DNA from: Cyanophora paradoxa CCMP329
Taxonomy: Eukaryota > Plantae > Glaucophyta
Assembly (NCBI GenBank): GCA_004431415.1
Contig: QPMI01000017.1
Span: forward strand, 835,310-899,309
Reading direction: 5' to 3'
DNA length: 64,000 bases
The position numbers and the translations under genes are program-made. Positions 22,701-34,800 of this stretch are shown one piece after another. The notes below the pieces were generated by a model. It did not search any database. It was given only the letters and a program-made list of their open reading frames with translations, and was not told where the DNA came from. Position 1 is the stretch's first letter, and the number at the start of each line of letters is the position of its first letter.

Positions 22701-23694
22701 GGGAGGGCGGCGGGGCGCACTGCGGAGGAAGTTGGGGTTGAAGCCGAGGATGCCGAAGGCGTTGAGGAAGATGCTGATGAAGCCTGCGCAGCCGCCCCGC
22801 CCGTCAGGCCGCCGCCACACGCCGGGGGCGGGCCGGGCCGGGCGCCGGCACGCACCGAGGAGGGTGATGATGCAGTCGAAGATGTTCCAGCCCTGCGTGG
22901 CGCAGGTCGGAAGAGGCGGGAAGAGGGGCGGGGCGGGGCGGCGGCGGGGCGCGGCGCGGGGGCGGGCGGATCGGTGGCGGCTGCCTCAGCAGATATTTAG
23001 CGAATGAGTGTGTGTGTTTGCATCACGGCAAATCAATGGCCTCGAGAGCTGGTCATCCCTGGCAGCTCGCGCCCCTCCCCTCCCGGAACGAAGGCGGTAC
23101 CCCCCCCCTCCCCCCCGGGGGCCCCGAGCGCACGGAGACGAAGTAGACGCGGGGCCCGAGCCCGACGAGCTTGACGGCCAGCTCCACCATGAAGAAGACC
23201 GCGAAGGCCGTGTTCAGGCCCCTGCCGGCGGGGGTCAGGGAGGGGGGAGAGGGGGGGAAGGGGGGCGGGCGGGCGGGCGGGCGGGCGGGGAGGGGCCGCA
23301 CTCGAGGGCGACGTCCTCGTAGGCGGGGCGCGGGTTGCGCTGGCACGCGAAGACGATGATGTTGGCGAAGATGGCGAGCGAGACGATTGCGTCGAAGGTG
23401 CGCGTGTGCACGAGGTTGAAGACGCGGCGGCGGAGCGGGTGCTCCGGCGGGTTCATCTTGGAGCGCAGCTGCTGCTGCATGGCGACGAGGAGCGCGTCGC
23501 GCCACTCGCGCTGCGTCTTGTTGAGGAGGCCGACCTCGTGCGAGGCGCCCTCCTCGTCCGCCTGCCGCGCCTGGCTGAAGAAGTAGACGAGCGTTCCGAT
23601 GATCATCGCCAGCCCGAAGTACAGCCCGCAGTACAAGAACGCGTGGTACCTTGGACGGAGGCGCCGGGTCAGCGAGGGCAGCGGGGGAGGGGAA

Positions 23695-23726
<32 letters not shown>

Positions 23727-26700
23727 CGCACCACCAGGCGGTGAAGTAGGACGCGTTGCGCTGGACGGCGAGTCCGACGCCGACGGTGTCCTGGGCGTTG
23801 AACATGAGCGCGTTCCACTGCTCGAGCGCCTGGACCTCGAAGAGGTGCAGCATCGCGTAGAAGTAGTTGTCCATGCTCTGCCAGTAGAAGAGCCGCTCCC
23901 ACGCCCGCTCCCGCTCGATGCCCGTCACGGGGTCCAGGAAGCGGCCGGCGCAGGCCGCCTTGGACCCGTACGCGGGGTCCGGGTCGCTGCAGCGCCACCA
24001 CTTGCCGCCGTAGAGGCGGACGCCGACGATGGCGAAGACGGACCAGAGGATCCAGTTGATGAGGAGGACGCGGAGGAGGACGCCGCCGCCGGTGGAGAAC
24101 ATGTTGAGGAGGGCGCGGAAGGTGCGGAGGCGGAAGAGGAGGCGGAGGAGCATGAGGGAGCGCAGGGCGCGGATGGAGCGGAGCGAGTCGTTGCGCGCCG
24201 CCGCGCCGGCGGCGCCGCCGGCCGGCGCCGACGACTCGAAGGCGACGGAGAGGACGGCGGTGACGACGACGACGCAGTCGACGATGTTGAGGGGGTTGCG
24301 CAGGTAGGCCCCCTCGTTGAGGACCAGGCCCTTGGAGATGACCTTGAGGAGGAGCTCGGCGGCGAAGAAGGCCGTGAAGAAGTAGTTGAGCTGCGCGATG
24401 ACGGGCGACGCGTCGTCCGTCTCCGTCGCCTCGTACGCCATCGCCGCCGCGTTCGCCACGATGACCGCCATGACCACCGCCGCGAACCAGTCCCGCTTCA
24501 CGATGTGCGCCCGCACGAACTTGCGCACGGGGTTCTCCCACGAGAAGACGAAGAGCGAGCGCGACTGCTTGTGCGTGTAGGGCGCCATCGCGCGCTGGAC
24601 GCGGTGGGTCAGCCCCTGGAAGGCGCCCCACGTCTCCCGCGTCGTGTGCCGGATGCGGTTCGTGAGCTGCCCCAGGCTCGTGTCGCTGAAGCCCCCGAAG
24701 CTGCCGCTGTCGCTCCACACGTCGTTGCGGCACTCGGAGCGCGAGCCGTCCTCGTCCTCCTCCCACGTGTACTCGCCGTCGTCGTCCTCCTCCCCCTCCT
24801 CCCCCTCGTAGTCGTCGTCCTCCGCCTCGCCGTCCTCGCCCTCGCCGGGGGCCGGCCGCTCGTCTTCCGGGACGGCCCCCAGCCCCTTCTCGGGGTCGAG
24901 GCCCTCGCCGGCGCCGGCCGCCCCCAGCGACGACGTCGGCGACGTCGGCCCCTCCCTGGAGCCCCGCCGCCCGGCGTCCGCTGACCGCTTCCGCGCCTTG
25001 GACGACGGCGGCCGCGGCGGCTTCCCCGCAGAGCCGCCGCTCAGCGCGCTGCGTCCGCTTCGCACCGATGCGTTGTCGCCCGCCCCGGGCGCCTCGCCGG
25101 GCGCCCGCGCCGCTCCCGATCGGCGGCGTCGTCGTCGCCGCCCCGACGACTTGGCCGAACGGTTCGAGCGGTTCGACGCGTGCTGCGGCCGGGGTGGGCG
25201 ACGCGGTGAGCCGGCGGGGCGGGGCGTGGCGCACCGACTTGACGGAGCGGGCGTCGTCGTCCCTTCCCCCGCCCTCGTCCCCGCTCGTGCTCGCGCCGGG
25301 CAGCGACACGACCGCCGCCGCGTCGGCGCCCTTGCCCGCCCCCTTCATGTCCAGCCTCGGCACCGTCAGCAGCCGCACGCTCCTCGCCTGCTCCACCACG
25401 ACGCCCTTCGACGGCGGCGCCGCCCCCGGCGGCCTCAGGCCGCCCTCCTGCCCCGCCGCCTCCAGCTCCTCCTTCGGAGGCTCGGGCGCCGCCGCCGCCG
25501 CCTCGCTCGCTGCTGCCTCTGCATCCGCCGCCGCCGCCGCCGCCTCGGCCGCCTCGGCCGCGCGCTGCCCGACCTCCTCGAGGAAGGCTGCGTTGAGGCT
25601 GTCCGAGGCGCCCACGACCTGCAGCGGCCCCGCCGCGCTCCGCCCCTCGGGCGGCGAGCCGCCCCCCGTGGTCGCCGTGGACGGGTCCGACACGAGGCGG
25701 CCCGAGAGGGCGCGCACCGAGGGGGCCCCGGGGCCGAGCCCGGGCGCCGGCGCCCCCGCCTCCCGCTCCACCGCCCCCTCCGAGTCCGACGGGCTGCCCG
25801 GCGCCTCCGCCTCCGCCGGCGCGCCCGGCGGCGGGCTCGGGCTCGCCGCGGGGGGCGCGGGGAAGGCTGCGGCGGAGGCTGCGGCGCCCTCCGGGACGCC
25901 GGCGAGGCTGGGCTCGGAGCGGGGCGGGCGCTGCGAGCCGCCATCCGCAAGGAGCGCCGTGACGACCTCGCTGCTGCCGCTGAAGGAGAAGTTGCGGAGC
26001 TGGATGGAGCCGGCGCGCCCCACCTGCTCCTGCAGCCCCGAAACGCCCGCCGGCATCGACGGCGCGCGCGCAAGAGGCGGAAGCGCCGCCCCCGGGCGCC
26101 GCGTCCCCGCCTTGCGCGCCGAGCCGTCGGCGCTCAGGTCCGTGAGGGACATCGGGGAAGCGGGGCGTGGGGCGTGGTCCCCGTTCGAGGACGCCGGGCC
26201 GAGCTCGGTGTACTCGGGGGCCGCCGCGGCGTCCGGGTCCGAAGCCTTAGGCGAGCGCGCCTCCGGGGAGTCCTTGGCGGACGAGTCCCACGCCCGCGCC
26301 GTGTGCTGGTGCTGGTGCTGGAGGGCCGCCGCCGCCGGGGCGAGCGGCAGCGGGGCAACCTGGTTCGAGCGCACGCGGCCGCCCCCGCCGCCGCTCGCTT
26401 GCTCCTCGCCAGCCCGGGGCGCAAGCCGTTCCTCCTCCAAGTTATCCAGCGACGGGAGCTGGATATTCTGCGGGGGCGCCCCCGCGTCGGATTCCGGAGC
26501 GGAAGGGGCGCGGCGCGCGGAAGGGCGCACCGACTTGACGGCGATGAGAGCCTGGCCGGCGCCGGCGCCGGGCGCAGTGAGCGCGAGCGCCGCGTTCTGA
26601 GCCGCCGCCGCGACGGTCGAGGGCCTCGGGGCGACGGCGGCCCTCGGCTGCTCCGACGGGGGCGGCTTGCTCTTGCGGGTGCGCCCCGTCCTGGACGCGG

Positions 26701-29700
26701 CGCCGCCGCCGGCGCGGCTCCCGTCCTCGTCGTCCGAGTCCCTGGGCTGGGCGGCGGCGAGGGCGACCTTCATGGAGGGGAGGTCGTCGCAGATGTTGAC
26801 GATGACGATCGTCTGGAGCACGTTGACGAGCACGTAGAGGCCGAGCACGATGACGACGACGAAGTAGATAACGGCGGCGGCGCCGGCGGCGCGCATCCCG
26901 TCGAACATCACATCGTTCCAGCTGTCCAGCGTGATCACCTGCACGACGGCCAGGTACGACGCGTACAGCGAGTCGAAGTTCGTCCGCCGCGCCTCCTCCC
27001 GCACGCCCGCTGCGGGGGACAGGCGGCTCGGACGGGGCGCGCGCGAGGGGCGCGGGGCGGGGGCCGGGGCGGGGCGGGGCGGGGCGGGGGCGCGAGGGCA
27101 GGCGGATCGGCGCGGCTGCCTCAGCAGATATTAAGCGAATGAGTGTGTGTGTTTGCATCACGGCAAATCAATGGCCTCGAGAGTTGGTCATCCCTGGCAG
27201 CTCGCGCTCCTCCCGGAACTAAGGCGGTACCCCTCCCCCAGTAGCGGAGGCGGACCCTGCAGGAAGCTGGGGCAGCGGTTGGAGTAGAGGCAGTGCCCGC
27301 CGAAGAGCTGCATGCCGACGAGGGCGAGGACCAGGCTGCGGGCGACGAGAGGTCAGGCGGCGCCGGCGCGGGCGCTTGGGCGGCCTCGGGCGGCCTCGGG
27401 CTGGGCCTGGAGCGCACAGGCCGACGCCGAAGAAGGGCATATAGTTGACGAGCGAGCGGAAGGCGCGGTACATGTTCTTGATCAGGATCGCGAAGATCCT
27501 GCGGCGCGGGGCCGGCGTCAGAAAGGGACGGAGCGGGGCCGGGCCCCGCGCGCGCGGCTCCGCCGGAGGGAAGGGGAGAGGAGAGGCGCACCGGTCGTAC
27601 TCGGCGAGGGGCCGGAGGAGGACGAGGACGCGGAGGGCGTTGCCGTAGGGGCGCTCGACGCCGGTGGCGACCTCGACGATGGTCCAGATGGTGCACGGGA
27701 ACTCGACGAGGCCCCACTTGGAGGCGAAGTAGCGGCGGAAGCCGAAGGCGAGGATCTCGGCGAAGCAGGCGGCGCCGAAGAGCGCCGTGAAGAAGACGTA
27801 GAGCGCGCGGTGCACCGCCTCGGCGGCCGGGCCCTGCTCCACGTGGTACGCCGCCAGCGAGATGTAGTTCGCGATGTACGCGAGGTTCACGGTGAGGCGG
27901 TACGTGCCCGTCAGGATGATCCGGATGGCCCGCTGCCGCGCCGCCGAGCTGCGCCAGGCCGCCGAGGCGCGGGCGACGCTGGCCTTGAGGCGCGTGAGGC
28001 GGGCGCCGCCGGCGTGGGAGACGGCGCCGGCGAGGCCGTCGCGCAGGACGTCGACGGTGACGCGGAGGGGCTTCACGTTGAACATCGTCGTGCTGCGGGT
28101 GAGGAGCTGGAGGACGATCTGCGCCCCCGGGTTGCCCCGCGCCGCCTTCGCCTCGATCCGGTCGATCTCGTCGAACTTGGTCGTGATGGCCGCGATGAAC
28201 ATGTTCAGGATGAGGAAGGAGCCCAGCACCGTCATCACGATGAAGTAGGGGTACGCGATCCAGTGCGAGGTCGTGTGGCCCACCCAGTACATGTACATCG
28301 ACCACTGGCTCAGCGTCAGCGACTGGAAGACCGTCAGGCACGCCACGCCGAACTGCGGGCGGCGCGGGTCAGCGGCGCCGGGGCGGGGCGATGCCGCTGG
28401 AAGGGGCGGGGCGGGGCGCGCGTTGTCGAAGCCGACGAAGCCCCAGGCGGGGTTGCTCCAGCCCTCGAGGCGGTCGACCCACTTTCCGCAGAAGGCGCCG
28501 GGCCCGCACGAGCGGCTCGCCCCCAGCGGGTCGCAGAGGTGCGAGGGGTAGACGTCCTGCCCCGGGAAGGCGTCGAGCGAGGCGCCCTCCGCGAAGCCGG
28601 AGAGGGCGTCGATGCAGCGGTACTGGAGAGAGCCCTCGAAGAGCTGCATGCCCGTGATGGCGAAGAGGGAGAAGAAGAAGGCCAGCTGGATGCCCACGTT
28701 GAGCATGATCGGCGCCACCGCCGCCACCGCCTTCCCCAGCACCTGCAGCCCCGCCCCGCCGTCAGCCTCCTCAGCGGCCGCATGGCCGGCGCCGCCTCGC
28801 GCACCCGCATCGTCGGCAGATAGTTCTTCAGGCCGCGCATCGCCCGGAAGAGCCGAACAGTCCGGATGGACGCCAGGTTACCTGGGCGGCCGCGTCGGCG
28901 GGGCGCGCGGGCGCCCGCGGGAGGCCCTGACGGCGCACCGAAGTTGGGAGCGAGCGAGGCCCACCCTAGGGCCACGACCGCCAGGTCCACCCCTGCGCGA
29001 CGCGCTCAGGGCCGGGCGTGCACCGCGAGAGCAGCAGGGCGCTCACAGGCCCAGCCCGCCCTGAGGTATGCCTTTTTGTTGAAGATCAAGCCACGCGCGA
29101 CAGACTGCGCGGGGGGGGAGGGGGGCGGGGCCGGGGCGTCAGGTCACGGGAGCGGAGGAGACGTTCAGCTACAGCGCAGAGGCGCACCTGCATTACTAGC
29201 TCTATTGAAAAACAGATGGTGAAAGCACTGCGGCGCGAGGGAGAACAACGTCATCGCGGGCGCGGGCGACCTGGAACCGCGGGGAGGGCCAGGGCGCACA
29301 ATTCCAGCCAGTCGAGGATCTTCTGCCTGCGGGCGAACTCAGTGGTCCGCGGAGGACGGTGTGCGAAAGACGAGACCGCACCGCTCGCAAAAGTCGCTCG
29401 CCTCGCAGACGGGATCACGAGCAGCGATGCTCATGAAGTTCGCCAGCGTGAGCCAGACAAAGAACACTGAAGAGGGGTTAAAAGACCGCAAAGAATCTTG
29501 CCACTCGCGGGCGGACCGTAGTAGTATCTGCAAGCGCAGTTGGAAAGATGAGAAGAGAGAACCGCGAAGCAGGAGGACCACACGCACTTGTGAAGAACGA
29601 CGCGTTGAAAGAAGACGCGGATAGGGTTACTAGCGGAAAAGAGAAAGAGAGACTTGCTGGAGTCGAAAACGTGGTGGAAGAGCTTTTCCCTGCGGCGGCG

Positions 29701-30369
29701 GTTCAGCGCGGTGCCCGCTCGTGCGCGGAAAAGCTATCGCAAGAACGGGTGCGCGGGGACGGTCCTAGGGAGGAAGGCGCTGACCTGTGCTGTACAGAAG
29801 CGCTCCAAGCGCAGAAGACCTCCTCGTCCTCATCCATACGTGTCCTCTTCGTCTTCCGCTCCGCGAACTGGCGAGCGTGAGCAGAGGGCGCGTGGGCGGC
29901 CTGTCCGGCAGAGAGCTGTCTCCTACCACTTTTTTCTTGGCGATGGATGCAATGGCTGCGTGTGCTTGCCCGAAAGCAGCTTGTGCGGCTTGTGCGTTGG
30001 CCGATAGCATGTTCTGCGGAGGAGAGCCAACGGATGAGCGAGAGGCTTGATCCACGTCCTATGCAATGCTCCTGGAAGCGTTTCGGGCGCAAAAACCTTG
30101 AGGTTGCCCGCTGCGAAGTTGAGGCTGGCTGCAAAGTTGCCGGCGGAGCTTGGGGCCCGCTGCCTGTTGGAACCTTTTGTCTTGTTGCTGTCGCCTTCAG
30201 CTCCATCCTGCGTCACGCTCAAGGTGCCGCTGGGTAGGTTCTTCACGCTCAAGGAGCTGCTGGGCCGACCACGCCCCGGCGCATCGCTAACAGCTGCCTC
30301 GGAGCGAGAGGCCTCCGAGGCAGCTGGCGGTTCCGGCTCTATCCGCAGCGCGGGCACGACAGCCGCCAT
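19715..30369 (-). CDS. Four-domain voltage-gated Ca2+/Na+ channel alpha subunit (Cav/Nav-like) with C-terminal EF-hand-like region and IQ motif
   Basis: Four pore loops: FQSLTLSQW, VQVITLDSW, FEVQALEQW and FRMTTGENW. S4 segments: IRTVRLFRAMR, LRSIRALRSLMLLR, LRMLRMLRMMRLAKR. S6 segments: LNMFIAAI and NNLFVAVVLDSF. Also WERLDP and VQAAYRG. The start and extreme 3' end are less certain. Confidence 0.9.
20715..20785 (-). ncRNA. Intronic box C/D snoRNA, family A
   Basis: Minus strand: terminal stem UGCUGCC/GGCAGCA, box C-like AGGACGA, D' CUGA, box D CUGA. The D guide AACUGAUUUAAU is antisense to conserved 18S AUUAAAUCAGUU. Lies in a channel-gene intron. Confidence 0.75.
21588..21653 (-). ncRNA. 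Intronic box C/D snoRNA, family B; predicted guide for 18S Am100 (yeast numbering), snR51/SNORD57-like
   Basis: Stem UGCC/GGCA, box C-like AGGAUGU, box D CUGA. The 15-nt guide ACUGAUUUAAUGAGC is antisense to 18S GCUCAUUAAAUCAGU, and the D+5 rule lands on A100. Confidence 0.8.
21715..21790 (-). ncRNA. Intronic box C/D snoRNA, family A (diverged-guide copy)
   Basis: Stem ACUGCC/GGCAGU, AGGACGA, CUGA (D'), CUGA (D). Confidence 0.6.
21873..21946 (-). ncRNA. Intronic box C/D snoRNA, family A (diverged-guide copy)
   Basis: Same boxes and terminal stem; part of the ~160-bp tandem array. Confidence 0.6.
22035..22108 (-). ncRNA. Intronic box C/D snoRNA, family A (diverged-guide copy)
   Basis: Same boxes and terminal stem; 162 bp from the previous copy. 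Confidence 0.6.
22196..22269 (-). ncRNA. Intronic box C/D snoRNA, family A (diverged-guide copy)
   Basis: Same boxes and terminal stem; 161 bp from the previous copy. Confidence 0.6.
22354..22429 (-). ncRNA. Intronic box C/D snoRNA, family A
   Basis: Perfect 9-bp terminal stem GCUGCUGCC/GGCAGCAGC, AGGACGA, D' CUGA, D CUGA. Guide is antisense to 18S AUUAAAUCAGUU. Confidence 0.78.
22980..23066 (-). ncRNA. Intronic box C/D snoRNA, family C (target not identified)
   Basis: Stem GCUGCC/GGCAGC, box C-like GGGAUGA, D'-like UUGA, C' GUGAUGC, box D CUGA. Near-identical copy at 27115-27201. Confidence 0.75.
27115..27201 (-). ncRNA. Intronic box C/D snoRNA, family C (second copy)
   Basis: Differs from 22980-23066 at two positions and sits in a different intron of the same gene. 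Confidence 0.75.
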
Positions 30370-31069
30370 GCCGCCCTCGAGCGGTGCGGCTGCCCGCGGC
30401 CCGATAGCCGCCTTGCAAGCTGCTATCGACAAGGACTCCCGGGTGGCTTCATTTCTCTTGTATCGGCAAGCAAGCTGAAGAAACCGCTCGTGCTCCGAAC
30501 TGATGAACAGAGTACCCCCCGGCTCACGCAAATTGAGCGCTCTGCAGCTGCGTGCAGGACGATAGCTGCTCGCATTTGGGTTGAGAAAAGTCTTGAAGCA
30601 TCGATTTCAGCGCTCCCCTGAACAGTCCGCGCGAACCGACCTTAATGAGCTCACTGTCAATTGCAAGTAACGCGTCGCGTAATACGCTACTATATATATC
30701 GTACTAAGCTACGCATGCGCACGTGTACGCCTTACTACTACAGCTACGACAGTAGTACGCCGCTGTACGCGTACGCGGTCCGCGGCCGGGATTCGCGCAC
30801 GCGAACGCTTTCCGAAAGTTCCACCGCGGCACTGGGCAGGACCAGCCTATATGCTAGGCCGGGGCGCAGCGCTTGTCCGCTCCGCTGCAGCTGCAACGTT
30901 AACGGCCGCGGGCCGGGGCGCCGGGGCGCGCCGCGCGCGGCCCAGCCTGGCAGCTGCAGCGCTCAGCGGCGCGTGTCCGAGAGAGCGCTTTAATATAACC
31001 GAATACAGCGAAAGCGAACGATTTGGTCCTCAGCGACTAAGCGAGAGAGAGCGAGAGAGAGAGAGAGAA

Positions 31070-31619
31070 CTATCGCCACTGCTTCGTGAGAATCCATGTG
31101 GGAATGCCGCCGCCGGCGAAGAGCGTGAAGGGTGCGAGGATGGCAGTGATGTGGAACGAGAAGCCGGCGTTGTAAATGGTCAAGGACGAGAGGCCGGAGA
31201 GGGCCGCGCCGCCGCATCCTGTGTAACCCATCTCGCGCCAGCTGAGAAGCTCGGTGAAGCGCTCTTTCTCCCGCGCATTCGACATGTCGTCGCGCGCAAG
31301 TCGCCTGTAATCTTGCCGCAAGATCTGCAGCTGATCCCACGCCAGCCAAGCGAAGAACGCCGATAGAAGCATCGGGATGGGGGTGAGCAGCGGCTTCTTG
31401 AGGATGTTGATGTCAAGCCACAGGCATGTCAACGAGATTCCCTGCGCACGCCGTGAGCAAGCGAGTGCGCCTGTCGCCGGCAGAACGGACCAGGCCGATG
31501 CCTGCGCCGCACGTTAGGAAGCCGACCAAGGGTGAGCGAGCGCGCAGGGCGGCGAATTCACCCGCGCCGATGGTTCCCGTGACGAGCGGAGGAAGGAATC
31601 CGAAGCTCTCGTTCGGCAT
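31070..31619 (-). CDS. Small hypothetical membrane protein (~145 aa, about 4 hydrophobic segments)
   Basis: Two short GT-AG introns join MPNESFGFLPPLVTGTIGA / GIGL / GISLTCLWLDINILKKPLL...WILTKQWR*. Confidence 0.5.
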
Positions 31620-31801
31620 ACCGCCTTCGTTGCTGACCCAAGCAAGCGATCCTCGCCGACAGAAGATACGCAGCTACAATAAAAAAAGCTATAAACGCTG
31701 AGCGCGTGTGACGGCGGAGCCAAGAAGCCGAGTCGGTCGTTTGCCAAGGGGTACACGTACACGGCGAGGCCGTCCCGGCCTCGTCGCGTTTCCGGGGTGC
31801 C

Positions 31802-34800
31802 ATGGCGTCCCCGGAAGCTTACCATGGCAGCCCGATGTGTCTTTCGCCGCGGTCCAAGGCGGCCGCGGCACCGCCCCCCGCCAGCACGCTCGCATGCCTC
31901 AACCTCGGCGCGCCGGCGAACGCGCTGAGCGTATCGCCGGATCGACGCTTTGCCATCGTGGGCGGTCGAGATGGTGCGCCCGCCGACCGATCACACGGGC
32001 AGCTCGCTCACCCTTTCCTCGCGTACGCGCAGTCCTCAAAATCGTGGCCGTGGACACGCTTGAGAATCAGCTGACGGAGCATCGAAATCTGCGCGTGGGG
32101 CGTGTCAATCTCAACTTCAGCACGAACGACGTCCGCTGGCACCCGCTCGAAGGTCCGGCCCTTGCAAGGCGATCGTTTGTGCCGGGGCGCGGGCAGCCGA
32201 TACAGCATCTTGCAGCCGGTGATTTCTTTCTGATTCCGCGGGCGCAGCGTGCAAGAACCTGGTCGCTAGCGCCGCTTCGAACGGGGCGGTCGTCATCTGG
32301 AACCTGGACCGCGCCGGCGCCTCGAAGCAGGGTGCGGCCGTCGCCCCGCGGCCCGGCCGCAGCCCGGTATCGACGCGCCCGGCGCCAACGCGTCGCAGAG
32401 CGCGTGCTGCCGGACCACACGCGGACGGTGAACCGCGTAGTCTGGCACCCGACGGAGCCGGACCTGCTCATCAGCGCCTCCCACGACGGCTCGATCAAGG
32501 TGTGGGACGCCCGCGGCCAGCAACGCACCACCACCCTCCGCGGCAAGGCGCGCCCCGCCCCTCCCGCCCGCCCCGCCCGCCCCTTCGCGTGCCGGCCGTG
32601 GGCTCCCCCTTGGGCTCAGGCGCCCGCGCAGGCGGAGAGCGTCCGCGACGTGGGAGTGAACCCCTTCAACCCGAACATCATCGCCGCCGCCTTCGACAAC
32701 GGCTGCCTCCAGGTACACCTGCCCATCCCCCCCCCCCCCCCCCCGTCCCCCCTCCTGCCCGGCGACCTGGAGGGGTACGCGCAGCTGTGGGACCTCCGAA
32801 AGGAGGCCATGCTCCAGCAGATCACCGCCCACCACGGCCTCGTAATCCCTTATCCCTTGGCGCCCCTTCCCCGGCCGCTCAAAGAGGGGTACAGGTCCTC
32901 TCGCTGGCGTGGCACCCCGAGGTCCCGGACCTGATCGCCTCAGGCTCCCGTGACCGCCTTGTCAAGGCGCGCCTCTACCCCCTCCGCTTACCCCCCCCCC
33001 CAGAAAAAGTAAAGACGTACCCCCAGGTGTGGGACCTGCGGGAGACGCGGCAGAGCCCGCGGTGCGTGCAGACGATCGCGAGCGTGGGGCGGCTGCTCTG
33101 GAGGCCGGGGTACCCCTCCCACCTGCTCTCCTCGGCCTCGCTCGTGGACAACAAGATCCACCTCTGGGACGTCACGCGGGGGTACATCCCCGTCGCCTCG
33201 GTGGCGGGGCACCGGGACGTGGCGACGGGGGCGGCCTTCGTGGGCGGGGCCGAGCGCCCCGAGCTGCTGCTCTCGGCCTCGAAGGACGGGACGCTGCAGC
33301 TCCACGACCTGCGGCGGGCGCACCTCCCCTTCCGCCACCTCCGCGCCACCTCCTGCGCCTTCTCCCCCCGCGGCGAGCTCCTCGCCGCCGCCGGCCCCGT
33401 CGACCGCGCCCGCGGGCCCGACTCGCCCTCGTACCCCCCCGTCCACCGGGGCCCCGAGGAGGAGGCGGGGTCGGCCACCTCGCACGCGGGGGGCGCCGCC
33501 CCGCCGGCCTCCGCCCCCTGCACGCCCCGCGAGGCCCCCGCCGGCCCTTCGCCCCGCCCTCGCCCCTCCACCCCCGCCCCCCATTTCTTCTCCTCCGCGC
33601 CGGCCTCCCGCTTCGCGCGCCCCTCCTCCGCCGTCTCCCTCTCCTACATGCCCTCCGGGTCGCCCCCGCCCGGCGCCCCCTGTCATAGCCCCGGGCCCCC
33701 GCACGGTCTCATCGTCTCCTACCGCCCCGCCTTCTCCGCGGTACCCCGTCCCGGCTCATCCCCCCCCCCGCCGACCGACGGGTACCCCCGCTCAGGTCGC
33801 CGAAGAGGACGCGGGCGACTTCGACGAGGTCGTCTTCCGGTACCCGTTCCCGTCCTGCTTCCCCCCTCCCCCCTCCCCTCCCCTTTCCTCCTTCCTAATC
33901 TATCGCGTACCCCCAGGCACCTCGCCGAGCACTACCGCCTCTCGGGCCCCTCCCCCGCCGACGTCTGCGCCCACAACGCCCGCGTGCGCCCCGTACCCCC
34001 CCTCGCTCCTCCCCCGGGCGGACCCGATGGGTACGGCAGGTGGCGACAGAGGCGGCGCGGCCGCGGATGGCGGCCGCGTGGTCCGTCCTGCGGCTCTTCC
34101 TGGAGCGGCCGGGGGAGGCCTCGCCGCGCCCCGCCCCGGCCCCTGCCGCTCCCGCCTCCGACCCCGCCTCCGCCTCCGCCTCCGCGAAGCCTCCTACCCC
34201 CTCCGTCTCTTCCGTCGACGAGGGCTCGGCGCCGGGCGCTGCCGTCGCCCCCGCTCCCGCCCCTCCCGGCGCCCCCCGCGCGCGCTCCCCGGGCCGCCCC
34301 GGGCAGTCGCGGAGCCCCGCCCTGCGCCCTATCGCCTCGCCTCACCTCGCTTCGATATCCTTTGCGCCTCCGCCGCCGCCGCCGCGCTGCGCGCCCGCCG
34401 CCGCGGCCCTTGACGCCCACGCCACGAGCCCGTGGCGCTCCTGCAGAAGCCGCAGCCGCCCGCCGGCCCGGGGGCCTGCTCCCTGTTCAGCCCGCCCCTG
34501 CGGCCCTCGGGCGCGCCCCCCTGGCTCGGCGACGAGGACGAGCTCCTCTCCGCCCCCGTACCCCTGTCCGCAACCGTACCCCCTCGCGCCTTCTTCGCTC
34601 ACGTCGCCGCAGGACCTACCGCGAGACCGTCACGCCCTCGCCTTCCGGCACCCCCTCCGAGGAGTCCGACGGGGGTTACGATTCCCTCGAGGAGGGATCG
34701 TCGGACGACGGGCGGGGGCCAGGGGGCTCCGCCGGGGGATACGGTGACGGCCCGGAGGGCTCCAGCGAGGCCTCCGCGTGTTACGGAGAGGCGAGCCGCC

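Noticed and set aside
20715-23066. MITEs (CTGCC...GGCAG terminal inverted repeats) or hammerhead ribozymes
   Set aside because: All copies share the host-gene orientation, with no consistent target-site duplication and no CUGAUGA/GAAA hammerhead core. The inverted ends flank box C and D motifs and rRNA-antisense guides.
25180-25235. Apparent frameshift in the channel DII-III linker
   Set aside because: Resolved by a short GT-AG intron (SVKS|HASNRS) with a CTCAC branch point.
24998-27142. Long plus-strand ORFs (e.g. 714 aa, and similar antisense ORFs throughout) as overlapping genes
   Set aside because: They are shadow frames of very GC-rich coding DNA, Arg/Pro/Gly-rich and without recognisable domains.
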